Positions 51,851-64,000 of a stretch of DNA of 64,000 nucleotides are shown here, piece by piece. The translations under genes were made by a program, and so were the position numbers. How positions within the stretch are numbered: the stretch's first letter is position 1; the number at the start of each line of letters is the position of its first letter. Source of the stretch: Octopus vulgaris (lineage: Eukaryota); NCBI GenBank assembly GCA_951406725.2, contig OX597817.1, positions 151,032,001-151,096,000 on the forward strand, given 5' to 3'. The notes under the pieces are model-generated. The model was given only the letters and a program-made list of their open reading frames with translations. It was not told where the DNA came from and searched no databases.

Positions 51851-53968
51851 CATACACACAAGCGTTGGGCCGCATTGAGACAAAGTGGCTGAGTTCCTCT
51901 TAAGCGCTAGGCCTCATGGGGGCAAGTGGTTGAGTTCCTTTTGAGTGTTGGGCCTCACAGATGCAAAGTGGCTGAGTTCCTTTCAAGTGTTGGGCCATAA
52001 AGAGGCAATGACTAAGACCTTTGGCATTATGTCATGCTTGAGAAGAAGACCCATCAAGCTGAGCAAAATCGCAGTCATGGCAGATATCAGTGTCACGTAA
52101 AGGCACCCTGGTGTCGTGCAAATGGCACCTGTGCAAGTGGCATATAAACAGCACCTATTACACTCTTGCAGTGATTGGCATTAGAAAGGGCAACCAGCCG
52201 TAGAAAACCATGCCAAATCAAACTGGAGTCTAGTGAAGCCTTACAGCATGCCAGCCCAGTCAAACCATCCAACCCATGCCAACATGGATGTTATATGATG
52301 ATAATGATGATGATGATGAAGAGGAGGAGGAGGAGGACAATGGGCTTCTGCACAGTGTCTGACAACTGAATTCACTAATGTAGCATTGGTTTGGCCCGAA
52401 CCTAGAGTAGAAGACACTTGCCCAAGGTGCAACACAGTGGGGGTTGACCCCAAAACAACATGGTTGCAAAGTGAGCTTCTTTACCATACAGACATACCTG
52501 TGTCTATAAATATACAATATTTTAAAAACTTTAATCTTTTATTTTTAAAGTGATTTTTTTCTTACATACAGCTCAATGGAAATTGCCATGGAAATAACAG
52601 AGGAAAAATATATTACAAAAGAAAATAACATTTGTACATGGTTGAGATTTACATATTATGTAAATATATTTTTTATGTTGCTAAAGTGAAATATTATTAT
52701 ATCAAGAGTTATTATGACCACATTTAGAATGCATTCATTACTTCTGTTGCTGAAGAAAATTCATAGTTAATGTCTTTTGAAAATGGTCATATGGGTGCTT
52801 TTAAAGCAGTAGATTGTAGATGTGATTTTATAGGTTGTCTATATAAATATTTGAAGTGAAACAAATACTTATGGTATTATTGAAAGTGTTGATGTATAGC
52901 AGATATTTTGAACTGAGAGACAGAGATGTTCAATGGAAATTTAATTATGTTGCAAGGTGCATAACAGAGAAAAGTGATGTGATTATAAAAAAGCAAAACA
53001 AACTGTTTTATATATCTGCTTAGACACAGTCATGTGGTTACAAGGCTTGTTTTCTAACCATCTGGTTCCAGGTTCAATCTTTCTATGCAGCGTCTTGGGT
53101 AATTTTCATTTGCTATAGCTCTGGGCTGACCAAGGTCTTGTGAGGGAATTTGGTAGACAGAAACTGTGTGGAAACCGACAGAAAAGGCGGCAAGCAGGCA
53201 GAAACGTTAGCACGCTGGGTGAAATGCTTAGCTGAATTTCGTCTTGTCTTTACATTCTGAGTTCAAATTCTGCTGAGGTCGACTTTGTCTTTCATCCTTT
53301 CGGGGTCAATAAATTAAGTACCAGTTACATACTGGAATCGATGTAATTGACTTAATCCCTTTGTCTGTCCTTGTTTGTACACTATGTTTAGCCCCTTCTG
53401 GGCAATAAAGAAATAAGAAACGTTAGCACTCTGGGTGAAATGCTTAGCAGTATTTCGTCTGCCATTACGTTCTGAGTTCAAATTCTGCCGACGTTGACTT
53501 TGCCTTTCATCCTTTTGGGGTTGATTAAATAAGTACCAGTTACGCACTGGCATCGACCTAATCAACTTAATCCCTTTGTCTGTCCTTGTTTGTCTCCTCT
53601 ATGTTTAGCCCTTTCGTGGGCAATAAAGAAATAAAAAAAGAAACAAGAAACTGTGTCGAAGCTCATCATATATGCACAAACATTCAGCTTACGATTGTAA
53701 GGTCATGAGTTCAATTCCTGGAGATGCTTTGTGTCCTTGAGCAAGGCGCTTTATTTCACACTGCTCCAGTCCACTCAACAGGCAAAAATGAGTGGTACCT
53801 GTATTTCAAAAAGGGCCAGCCTTGCCACATTCTGTGTCATGCTGAATTTCCCAGTGAACTACATTATCTGTGGAGTACTCAGCCACTTGCACATTAATTT
53901 TATGAGCAGGCTGTTCCATTGATGAAATCAACTGGAACCCTCATCGTCATGACCGATGGAGTGCCAGT

Positions 53969-54006
<38 letters not shown>

Positions 54007-55296
54007 TTAACGTTTGCTTTCCATGCTAGCATGGGTTGGACAATTTTGACTGAGGGCTGGCGAACCAGATGGCTGCACCAGGCTCCAATCTTGATCTGGC
54101 AGAGTTTCTACAGCTGGATGCCCTTCCTAATGCCAACCACTCCGAGAGTGTAGCGGGTGCTTTTACGTGCCACTGGCACGGGGGCCAGTCAGGCAGCACT
54201 GGCAATGACCTCGCTTGAATGTTTTTACACATGCCACCAGCACAAGTGCCAGTAAGTCGATGCTGGTAATGATCACGCTCGAATGGTGCCTTTTATGTGC
54301 CACCGGCACGGAAGCCAGTTAGCCTCTCTGGCAAGTATATATATATATATATATACTCTTTACTCTTTTACTTGTTTCAGTAATTTGACTGTGGCCATGC
54401 TGGCGTACCGCCTTTAGTTGAGCAAATTGACCCCAGGACTTATTCTTTGTAAGCCTAGTATTTATTCTATCGGTCTCTTTTGCCGAACCGCTTGATAACC
54501 TAAAAGGACAGCATCGGTTATCAAGCGACGTTGGGGAGGACAAACGCAAACATACAAACACACACGCACACATATATATACATATATATGACGGGCTTCT
54601 TTCAGTTTTGTCAACCAAATCTGCTCACAAGGCTTTGGTCGGCCTGAGGCTATAGTAGAAAACACTTGCCCAAGGTGCCATGCAGTGAGACTGAACCCGA
54701 AACCATGTGGCTGGTAAGCAAGCTACTTGCCACACAGCCACTCCTATATATGCATGTATGTATATATCTCTTTTACTTGTTTCAGTCATTTGATTGCGGC
54801 CATGCTGGAGCACCACCTTTAGTCGAGCAAATTGACCCCGGGACTTATTCATTGTAAGCCCAGTACTTATTCTATCGGTCAAAACATATGTGTATCTTTG
54901 TTTTTGTTCCCAATCACCATTTGACAACTTGGTTTGCTTATGTCCTCATAATTTAGCAGTTCATCAAAATAAACTGATAGAATAAGTAACTGACTTTAAC
55001 AACAACAACAACATCAACAGCAAAACGTACTGAGATTTATTTGTGTCACTAAAACCCTTCATGAAAGTGCCCCAGCATGGCCACAGTCCACTGACTGAAG
55101 TAAGCAAAAGATAAAAAAATAAAAGATAATTTATTTTTTGAGTTGTTTAAAACAAAAATAAAATAAAAATCAAACAAACAAATAACTGTGCTGCTGCTGC
55201 TACTGCTGCTGCTCTCAAAGTTGAAGTTACTTTAGAATAAAACAAAATCAATAATAGAATGATTGAATGTGAGTAGTTCTGAAAATAAACACAAAC

Positions 55297-55411
55297 CTTT
55301 TGACTTTGATGGTAGCTTGATGTTAAGAGGTTCTGAAGCAGTGTAGTCAATACCATTATTCTGAGATGTTATAAGTGGCCAACATTTATTTGGTGGATTC
55401 TTTGGATGGCA
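55297..55411 (-). CDS. Exon 5 (CHPKNPPNKCWPL...SEPLNIKLPSKSK)
   Basis: ttgacag acceptor, g|gtttg donor, 115 nt, phase 0-1 bridges both neighbours. Confidence 0.8.
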
Positions 55412-55524
55412 CTGTCAATTCAAAAATAACTTCATAAATAAATAATGGTTTGTAAAGACACTAATGTCCAATTAGTTAAAGTTAATTGGATCCATTCTTT
55501 AATTGTAAGAGAATTGCAATGAAT

Positions 55525-55833
55525 GTCACGTAAAAAGCACCATCCGTTCATGTCCGTTGCCAGCCTCACCTGGCCCCCGTGCCGGTGGCACATAAAAAGC
55601 ACCATCCGTTTGTGGCCGTTTGCCAGCTCTGTCTGGCACCTGTGCGGGTGGTACGTAAAAAGCACCCACTACACTCACGGAGTGGTTGGCGTTAGGAAGG
55701 GCATCCAGCCATAGAAACACTGCCAGATCTGATTAGGCCTGATGAAGCCTTCCGGCCTCACAGACCCCAGTTGAACCGTCCAACCCATGCTAGCATGGAA
55801 AACGGACGCTAAACGATGATGATGATGATGATG
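55525..55833 (+). mobile_element. SINE/retroposon family C with RTE-like ...ggacgttaaac(gat)n tail
   Basis: Representative copy with internal ggcacgtaaaaagcacc repeats; others near 11070, 11400, 27285, 28768, 33820, 39840, 46955, 51860 and 53968. Confidence 0.8.
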
Positions 55834-56214
55834 TCATGCAGTATTTCTTCTGGATCTCTATGTTATGAGTTCAAATCCTGCCAAAATCAACTTTGCCTTC
55901 TGTCCTTTTAGGGTTGGTAAAATAAAGTACCAGTCAGACACTGGGGTTGATATAATCGAGTAATCATCATCATCATCATTGTCATCATCATCAGCATCAG
56001 CATCATCAGCACCATCATTATCAATGCTTAAGCACTCTGTTGGCTGTTATTCATCATGTTTAGTTCATTACTTGTTTTTAAATCAGAGGTTGCCTCAGAA
56101 TACACCCTCCAGAAACATTCATTGGCAGATATACGAAATATATGGTCCAACCAGTGCAAACTGGACACTGTAAACAGTTGAAAATGGTTCATCTCAACAT
56201 TATTCACTACTTTC

Positions 56215-56625
56215 TTCCCTCATCGCCATAACTGAACAACACTTCATAAGTAATGTAAAGTATAGAAGCCATCTTATCATGGCTAACCACATTGGGGAGG
56301 GGGTGTTACTGTAGCTTTATAGCCCCAAGAGATCTTCGTCTCTAGCTGGCTTTAGACACAATATCTATGTCCTTGGAGTATTTGCAAAGGGAGGCCATCC
56401 CTTCCTCGCAAGCCTGAGTGATACGCTCGAACTAGTTTCGGGATTGTTGTCCCTCGTCAACGGGCGGTAATCACCAGGTCGCGATGAAAGTGAAGGCTCC
56501 TTTGCAAATATATATAAGTTTTTCTAATGGCATCTGCCACTGATGTCGAAAAATGAACAGTAAGCATAATTAAATCTCAGAATGAGATTGAAACAGTAAT
56601 CGCTCGATAATGTATAAGTAATTGT
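56215..56625 (-). mobile_element. Second, diverged and circularly permuted copy of the hammerhead-bearing unit
   Basis: Shares the blocks ctccctttgcaaatac, taaagccagct, gggct..aagctacagtaa, tggttagccat and ctcatt..gagattt with 48765-49132. Confidence 0.65.
56424..56466 (-). ncRNA. Degenerate minimal hammerhead ribozyme motif (second family copy)
   Basis: Minus strand reads cgcccg-TTGACGA-ggga caacaa tccc-GAAA-CTA-GTT-cgagcg; flanks homologous to the 48990 copy. Confidence 0.6.
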
Positions 56626-56752
56626 AGTTAAAAAACGAAACAAAAAAAACACAGCCTTCTTAGAATAAAGTAAATGATGATTGTGAAGAAACATACAAAA
56701 TTGCAAAGAATAAATCAAGAAAATGAAATAAACTAAACTCATTTCAACTTAC

Positions 56753-57028
56753 CTTCCATTTTTTCACTATATTAGTGTTTTGGTAGCTGGACATTACAAT
56801 TAGAATTACAGAATAGTTTTTACCAGGTTTGCATTTTTGTAAAGTACAGAGTGTATCTTCAGGTCTCAAAGTTGCATGAAGAGAATCATTGATGATAAGT
56901 TGATAACCAAGTAGGTAACATTTTTGATATAATTCTTTGCCATTTTTATCTTTTCCGATAATTGATGTCATTCTTGGTGCTTCCCAGAAAAGATTCACAA
57001 TGGGACCTTTATAACTTGAGACATAGAT
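56753..57028 (-). CDS. Exon 4, FN3 (VNLFWEAP...GYQLIIND...CKPGKNYSV)
   Basis: ttttag acceptor, aag|gtaagt donor, 276 nt, phase 0-0. Confidence 0.92.
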
Positions 57029-57085
57029 CTAAAATAAACAAACCAGATACCAGCAAATTAATATGAAGGCATAATTTCACCGATA

Positions 57086-57256
57086 TTCCATATTTACTCA
57101 TGTTTGAGTCACACACACGTGAAAATCATTTAGTGTTAAATCTTGGTACAAAACTTTTCCCTTCATAGTTTTAGCTTTGCATCATCTAGAAGTCACACCC
57201 CAATTTTTCAGTTAAAATCAGTTATAAAATAGACTTATTCATGAGTAAATATGGTA
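57086..57256. mobile_element. Short MITE of related TIR type
   Basis: ccatatttactcatg ... catgagtaaatatgg inverted ends. Confidence 0.6.
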
Positions 57257-57953
57257 CTATGATAAAGATGATGATGATGATATATATATATGTATCATCA
57301 TCATCTTCATCATAGTTTAATGGCCTCCTTTCATGCTCGCAACGGTTGGATGGTTTGACAGGAACTGGCCAGGCTTAATATATTTCTCAGGGGGGATTCA
57401 GTGTGACACAGAATGTGATGAGACTAGTCCTTCAAAATACAGGTGCTACTTAATTTTGTCAGCTGAGTGGACTGGAGTAACATGAAAGAAATAGTCTTGC
57501 TTAATCCCTTGGCATTCAGATTACTTGGTCAAATGTAATGCTTATTCATTCACATTGCTTTGAAGTAATCCTGTATTATCTCCTAGCTATGGGATTTCAA
57601 TGACGTGGCTGTTTGCTTTTAAAATAACATTGTAGGGTAGGTCCGAGAGGCTTGATATAGCTGGTTTCAACATAAAGCTGGTAGAATATTTGGGCTGGAT
57701 ATGGCCTGTTTGAATGCTATATGGTTAAGGACATAATACACGACCAGGAATTGAACTCCCAACCCTATGACACAAATTGCATAACCACTAAGCCAAGCAT
57801 CTTCATAAAATAATGTATACAGACAATAATGTTTACAAGGCAGTGCTCCAGTATGGCCTCAGTCAAATGACAGAGACTGAAACAGGTAAAGAGAGAGAAT
57901 ATCAACTTTTTGCCTTTAACTAATAACAAATTATAATTTTAACTATGTCTTAC

Positions 57954-58609
57954 CTTTGGCGTTGGAATGGATATCTGTGTTGAAGCCACCAACGGTTGAG
58001 AACTAACACAAACAGTTCTCCATTTATTGTCACAATTATTGGCATCTAAAGAAGTTTTCAGATTAACAATGGTTTCTACAGTAATACAATACTGATAACC
58101 TGGAACCAAATCTTTGATTACAAAGAAATTAGCATCTTTTGGAAGTTTTGCAAGCTGACTAATCGACAATTCTTTGTTATTACTAGCCTTTTCTTCAACC
58201 CCAACCCACCTAACAGCAATTCTTTGAATTTGGTTTGTTCCATGAACAACAGCATTTGTCCAGTTAACTGATATTGATGTAGTCGTACAGTGTGACACTG
58301 TCAGATTCGTTGCAGGATCTGTCCCAGAAGTTCTGAAGACAAAGCTAGAATACGGCAGCCACATGGATTCTATTAAGTTCATACTTGTGCCTTCTGGAAT
58401 ATACCGTAGTTTCTTCAGACGGTGATTCCTGGGAAGCAAGTCAAAATACTCATCATTTAAAGCAAAGATCCGGAAAAGGTATTCACTCTTTTCAGAAAGA
58501 TTTTTAAAGACTACTTCTTTGGAATCAGGTCTGAGTTGCAGAGTTTGGTGTTCTGATTCTGTAACATTATCTGCATTATTGGTTATTGGTGTCAGCTCTA
58601 AGTATAATC
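57954..58609 (-). CDS. Exon 3, parts of two FN3 repeats (NLSEKSEYLFRIFA; DLVPGYQYCITVET)
   Basis: atccag acceptor, aag|gtaaga donor, 656 nt open, phase 1-0. Confidence 0.92.
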
Positions 58610-58744
58610 CTGGATAATATATAAAAAAAAAAAGAGATTTGTATATGTATATACTTATGTATATGTATAGTGGGACTTGTGCATATTTTAAATATTTCTC
58701 TAATCCTCAAAACATAATTTCTAATGGCAATTTCTGATATATTA

Positions 58745-59135
58745 AAATAATAATAATGAAATTATTGTATACAGTGTTCAGGTGCACCACAACTTGTCAA
58801 AAGTGCATATAAAGCATATGCAGTAATGTACAAATGTCTGGAAAGTGAACAGTGTATGAGTCAGATACATGCTTGCATGTGTATGGAGGGTAGAAAATCT
58901 GGTGTAGTGTTGGCAAATCTCAGGAAGCATGGAAGTTTTGAAGGATGCAGTGCTCCGACAACTAACAACTGATGCCGGCAGTTTGTTCCATACTTCAGCA
59001 ACTCTTAGTGTGAAAAAATGTTTCCGAAAGTCATGGGAGCTGTGCTGTTTTCCGACTTTGTAAATATGTCCATGGGTGTTAGACAGATGGAGTTTGAAAA
59101 GGTGCTCAGAGTTATTGTTAGTAAGAAAACACATA
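58745..59135 (-). mobile_element. CR1 LINE 3' end
   Basis: THGHIYKV.K....FRKHFFTLRVAEVWNKLPASVV...SFK; (att)n tail; related tails near 1110, 12895 and 31730. Confidence 0.8.
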
Positions 59136-59658
59136 GTAAATGATCTGCAAGTACTCCAGCAAACTAAGTCCTCAACTTGTTCCCTTTGCCAAAAGGTTTA
59201 CAAGGTACCAGCAAGCCTCAAGAGACACATTTGTGTTCATAGAACATAATTACCACTCAGTTTACTGAACCATCATTTGTCATTCACAACAAGAGAATCC
59301 AACATATATGTATACACACACATATATAAATATACTCATATGATGAGCTTCTTTCTGTTTTTGTTGACCAAATCCACTCACAAGGCTTTATAGTAGAAGA
59401 CACTTGCTCAAGGTGCCACACTGAGATTGAACCCGAAACCATGTGGTTGGGAAGTGAACTTTTTTAGCCACATGGCCATGCCTGCATCTGTAGCCATGTC
59501 CATGCCTATGGTCATGTCGCATCTGAAGCTATACCTGTGTTTACAGTCATGGTTTACTGTGTGATGCAGAATATAATTTTCTATCTTTCTTCTGTAAATA
59601 TTCCGGTCTATGAGACACACACCCTTAAATCTAACCAAATACTCTTAAGCTCTGATAC

Positions 59659-59826
59659 CTGTAATTTCCACACCATGTTCTCTTGGTGAGGTCCAGGCCA
59701 ACTTGACACTGTTACAAGTCGATGACACAACTCCAATATTTGATGGTGGGTTTGGAGGACTGGCTGTTTTTAAATTAATCTTTTCTGATTTTGTCGATAA
59801 AATAAATATTCTTTCTTCACCATTAT
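59659..59826 (-). CDS. Exon 2 (KTASPPNPPSNIGVVSSTCNSVKLAWTSP), FN3 start
   Basis: tttcag acceptor, g|gtatc donor, 168 nt, phase 1-1. Confidence 0.87.
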
Positions 59827-60202
59827 CTGAAATGAAATACACAAATCTAAAGGTTATTATGATCAAGGCAGACAACATTATCCATTATCGTTTAATTATA
59901 TAACATTATGTGGGTGTTAATTTGTTTGTCTTAGTTGAAATTAATGGTATTGATCATATTTTTGTTGGTCTGTTGCATTCCAATAAATATTTCTACAGTC
60001 ACTATAAGCTGTTAGATGTAGCTGTGTGGTTAGTAAGTTTGTTTCAAAGCCATGTGGTTCTGGATATGATCCAACAGTGTGGCTCCTTGGACTAATGTTC
60101 ACTGCCATGGGCTTTATGTCTATCATATCCACTCAACCATATCTTCTTATGAGTAGAATGTAGCAACAGAAACTGTCTAGAAACCTGTTATGCATGTATA
60201 TG

Positions 60203-60234
<32 letters not shown>

Positions 60235-60699
60235 TATAAATGCAAGCTGTCTGTTTGGATGTCTGTTTGTGTCAAGTTGCTGTCTACACCTGTTAACAAA
60301 TTTATTCACTGCACCCTGTATATATATGCATATTGGAGTTTGGTGTAGCCATCTAGTTCGCCAGTCCTCAGTCAGATTGTCCAACTAATGCCAGCATGGA
60401 AAGTGGACGTTAAACGATGATGATGATGATATATATGATGAGCTTCTTTCAGTTTCTGTCTACCAAATCCACTCAGTAGGCTTTGGTCAGAACATATATA
60501 GTATGAGACACTTGCTCAAGGTACCATGCAGTATAACTGAACTTGGAACCATGTGGTCGAGGAGAAAACTTCTTGCTACACAACCATGCAGTGAAGTTTT
60601 GTTAGATTACTGTATTGGTTGTTGACTAACTTAGGTCAATGATCTCTCTTCAATGATTAATTGAATCTGAAGATGTCATCTTAGGTGAGAATGAACTTT

Positions 60700-61600
60700 G
60701 TGTTATGTTACAAGCATATATCTCACCACACCAGCCTCTTCCATCTGTAGAAGATCCAAGGCACAAATCAATTACATTGAATTTATCCACTTTTAACATA
60801 TCTCCTTCAAGTTGAATCCTTTTGGCACATTTTCAACAAAATTTGTTCCTTGATGAAATGGAATCCACAACTGACATTATCATATTTGAGATGCGATCAC
60901 CTCATATTAAAGCATATTGAAAAAAGTGATTTTTCTAATTTTTTTTATAAAACCTCTTTTTATTATTTTCAGATCAGTATTAATTTTCTTGAATACAGCT
61001 GAGCTGAATGACCTTCTGGTTAATGATGGTGTCATGTTATAAGTTGTTAGAACTCTCTACTACAAAGCCTGCATAAAACTTTCAGCTACAAAGCTTGTGG
61101 TTGTTAATGAAAACCACTACAGTTTTATTTCTTTAGTGAAATAAATAGTATATCCTATAAATGCTACAAAAGTATTTAAACTATGCCCTGATATCCACAT
61201 GTAACTATTGAAATCAATACACATGTCCACTGAAAGGATTTTGTTTTTAAGGCAGTGGTTTATCAGGTAATATTCACCCTACCTAATGGTATCCTGAAGA
61301 CTCACAATTAATGACCTCAAAGCAAGGTTTATGTATACTCCATTTGGTCCAAAGACAGGGAAAACTCCCAGTGCTGTTTTATTGGATTATTTCAGGACCA
61401 GAGAAATAATCTGCTTAACATAACCTGGACCGACCATACAAGGTAAGATTCTTCCTTAATCATCTAGTGAATGTAATTGTTGTCTTTGTCTCTCTGAGAA
61501 ATTGTACATATTAAAACAACCAACTATATCCATTAACGAAAAGATCAAATTTTCATATTGTTTTGTACCAATAGATTTGAAGCCATTAGTTTATAGCATT
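60700..61600 (+). mobile_element. Decayed Penelope-like element ORF 3' part (RT thumb, Cys-rich linker, GIY-YIG end)
   Basis: Frameshifted peptides TCNY*NQYTCPLKGFC, KAVVYQV, LNITWT and CNCCLCLSEKLYILKQPTISINEK resemble PLE linker/GIY-YIG consensus (CNC....CPL.G.C ... CNLCLSEKLYIL). Confidence 0.6.
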
Positions 61601-61936
61601 GTTTCATAATTTTTACTGAAATTCTACTGATATTCCACTGCAATTTCTAATGAAAGTAAGGGGAGACAACTACTATATATTGCATCAGAGCTCATACAAC
61701 ATCAAGTGGTCATCTAGAACTATTGACTTCATCATATGAATTAAACTGATGGACAAGAACAAACTTTTTACTTCATTCAATGATAAGCGACTTCTTTAGA
61801 AATTATGGGTGACCCACCACTTAGACTGACAGCATCTGCAAGATCAGATATGCTTTTAAGTTTGTAAAACTTTGAGTAATGCAGATTTAAATCATAGATT
61901 AATAGTTCAACTATTTAACCTCAACAACAGGTACTA

Positions 61937-61971
<35 letters not shown>

Positions 61972-62198
61972 ACCTGCATGCATGTGTGTGTGTGTCTGTG
62001 TGTGTATCTGTGTGTTTGTCTGTGACTGTGTATGTGTTTGCGTGTGTGTATATTATTGAAAGAGGATCTTATTTCCTGTTGTATTTTAAAGGTTACATCT
62101 ACAAATGACCCTGATAACAGCCAACCAGCATAGACAATTACTTCTGACTTGCTTTAGCTTGTAAGCAATTTAAATATAAGCAATTTTAAACAACAAAC

Positions 62199-62294
62199 CT
62201 GTATTCTCGTTTCTAATCTTCTTCATTGATCTTGCTTCAACCACAACAGTATAAATGGTGTTTGATTGCAGATTGGTCAGTACAAAATGGTCTT
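62199..62294 (-). CDS. Exon 1 in window, end of an FN3 repeat (DHFVLTNLQSNTIYTVVVEARS)
   Basis: ttgacag acceptor, g|gtttg donor, 96 nt, phase 1-1; FN3 L..NT.Y.V.V.A motif. Confidence 0.8.
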
Positions 62295-63660
62295 CTGTCA
62301 AGTCAATCATGCATAATAGAAATTTAGAGAGCAAAATAACCAAATGATTAATTAGTATAACATTCAAAACAACTACATTTAATAGGTAACACAAATTCCT
62401 ACTCACACATACATATGTGCATGAACACATATGCATGCACAAGCACATATATGCACATGTACACAAACATTAATATACATACATATATTAGGTGAACCAA
62501 TACTCAAAGTAAACAATACATGTTATTGAACTAATTTGCTGATAAATGGCTTTAACACAATAAGACAATATTTAAAGAGAGTTTATCAATAATGCAGGTG
62601 TATATGCATATATACTCTTTTACTTGTTTCAGTCATTTGACTGTGGCCATGCTGGAGCACTGCCTTTAGTCGAGCAAATCGTCCCCAGGACTTATTCTTT
62701 GTAAGCCTAGTACTTATTCTATCGGTCTCTTTTGCTGAACCGCTAAGTTATGGGGACGTAAATACACCAGCATCGGTTGTCAAGCGATGTTGGGGAGACA
62801 AACAGACATACACACACATACACACATGTCATGTGGCATCTTGCTCTGTATGTAATTATATCTTACTTTTTGAGTACTGTATTGGCTGTTAATTCTGGCA
62901 AACCCTTTACTTTCTGATTTAGTTGATATGAATAAATAAACTTTAATCATTAAATCTATTGACTGAATTAATAAATATTAATGTTAAAGAGCCAGTCATA
63001 TTAACCAAATGAAAATAACAAAGACATAACATCTCATACAAAACAAGAAATGGCAATACTGTAACGAGTATTTTGTGTTGGGTGTAATTATGAATAAATA
63101 TGAGGGAAGAAATATGAATAAATAGATATTAAAAAAGAACATCCTTCGCATGTTACTAATTGGACTTCATATGTTACTAATTATTAATTAACAGACGAAA
63201 TAAAGAAGAAGTTAATTGCCCATTTGAGCATGTAATTTAGTTAAATGTTTTATAGCAAGACGTCTGAAATACAGACTTGTTGGTTATATGTGTAAAGTCG
63301 TAAACTGTTCTGTGGTTGAAAGACATTAAAATTATAGAAAAAACGCTGTTTCAATGTTTTATTTTTTTGTTTTCAAAACATTGGTAGTTATTATGCACAT
63401 TCTAATTAAGACTAGACACTCTTATAAATGTAACTATTTGTTGCCTGGCGAATATGTTGATTTGAATTGGTGAATTTAGTTGTTCTTCCTTGTCTCTTCT
63501 CTTTCTTTCAATCTCAATTCTCCTTCTCTCTTTTTTTCTCTCCCTCTCTTCCTTCTCTCACTCTCTCTTTCAAGCAATCGTCCAACATCCTATTTCTATA
63601 ACATCTTATTTCTCTCTCTCTCTCTCTCTCTTTCACACACACACGCACACACACACACAT

Positions 63661-63699
<39 letters not shown>

Positions 63700-64000
63700 A
63701 CAGAGTTAGCCATGTCCTTGACAACACTGAAGGGCACTCAATGTTCAGAGACATATATGTCTCCTGAAAGCAACATAACCAAGTGGACTGCGTGATGACT
63801 GACCGTGATGACCGAAGACAATGTGACTCAAGATATGGAGTGATGACAGAGAAGGATCTAAGATGTGTGGGGGAAGAGGAGGAAGGGCATGAGGGACGAT
63901 ACAGTGAAACAGAATGAAGACTGGCATCACAGAAGAGGAGGGTGAAGGCAGAGCATGGTGGACACAATGTGCTCAAGGTAATCTCTTATACAGTGACTTC

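Larger units (their letters stand above)
7747..62294 (-). other. Multi-exon protein-coding gene (5'-partial): ~10 fibronectin type III repeats plus C-terminal thioredoxin-like (CXXC, WCHPC) domain
   Basis: 24 exons with AG acceptors and GT donors (one GC) join in one open frame with matching phases at every junction; 4187 nt = 2 + 1395 codons including the stop. Repeated FN3 motifs (P..P..L.V......I.L.W..P ... Y.F.V.A); Trx motifs VLFWIPWCHPC and GIEGLPSILLTDNMG. Confidence 0.88.

Noticed and set aside
62867-62913. Candidate upstream exon with a gtaaga donor
   Set aside because: Weak acceptor, and the plausible frame ends in phase 2, incompatible with exon 1
63700-64000. Purine-rich non-repetitive segment at the window end
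   Set aside because: No convincing splice sites or protein motif; truncated by the window edge

Overview
AT-rich, microsatellite- and SINE-dense eukaryotic DNA. The repeat landscape looks like an octopus/coleoid cephalopod genome (inference). Most ORFs in the supplied track are noise from repeats. The main feature is one large minus-strand gene, reconstructed by hand as 24 phase-consistent coding exons from 62294 to a stop at 7747 (4187 nt, about 1394 aa; the 5' end lies beyond the window). It encodes about 10 fibronectin type III repeats followed by a thioredoxin-fold domain with an intact FWIPW-CHPC motif, and includes one probable GC-AG intron. Its introns hold several notable elements: two diverged copies of a ~356-bp hammerhead-ribozyme-bearing unit (Penelope pLTR/retrozyme-like, one preceded by a 111-bp inverted arm), a decayed Penelope-like ORF, a ~4-kb 22-bp satellite with higher-order structure, two inverted MITE copies bracketing the catalytic exons, a 9-bp-TSD Mutator-like MITE, RTE and CR1-type LINE ends and several SINE families. 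Downstream of the gene lie a deleted Gypsy element and an RTE end. Exon coordinates were checked base by base; repeat boundaries are approximate, and only representative SINE copies are listed.
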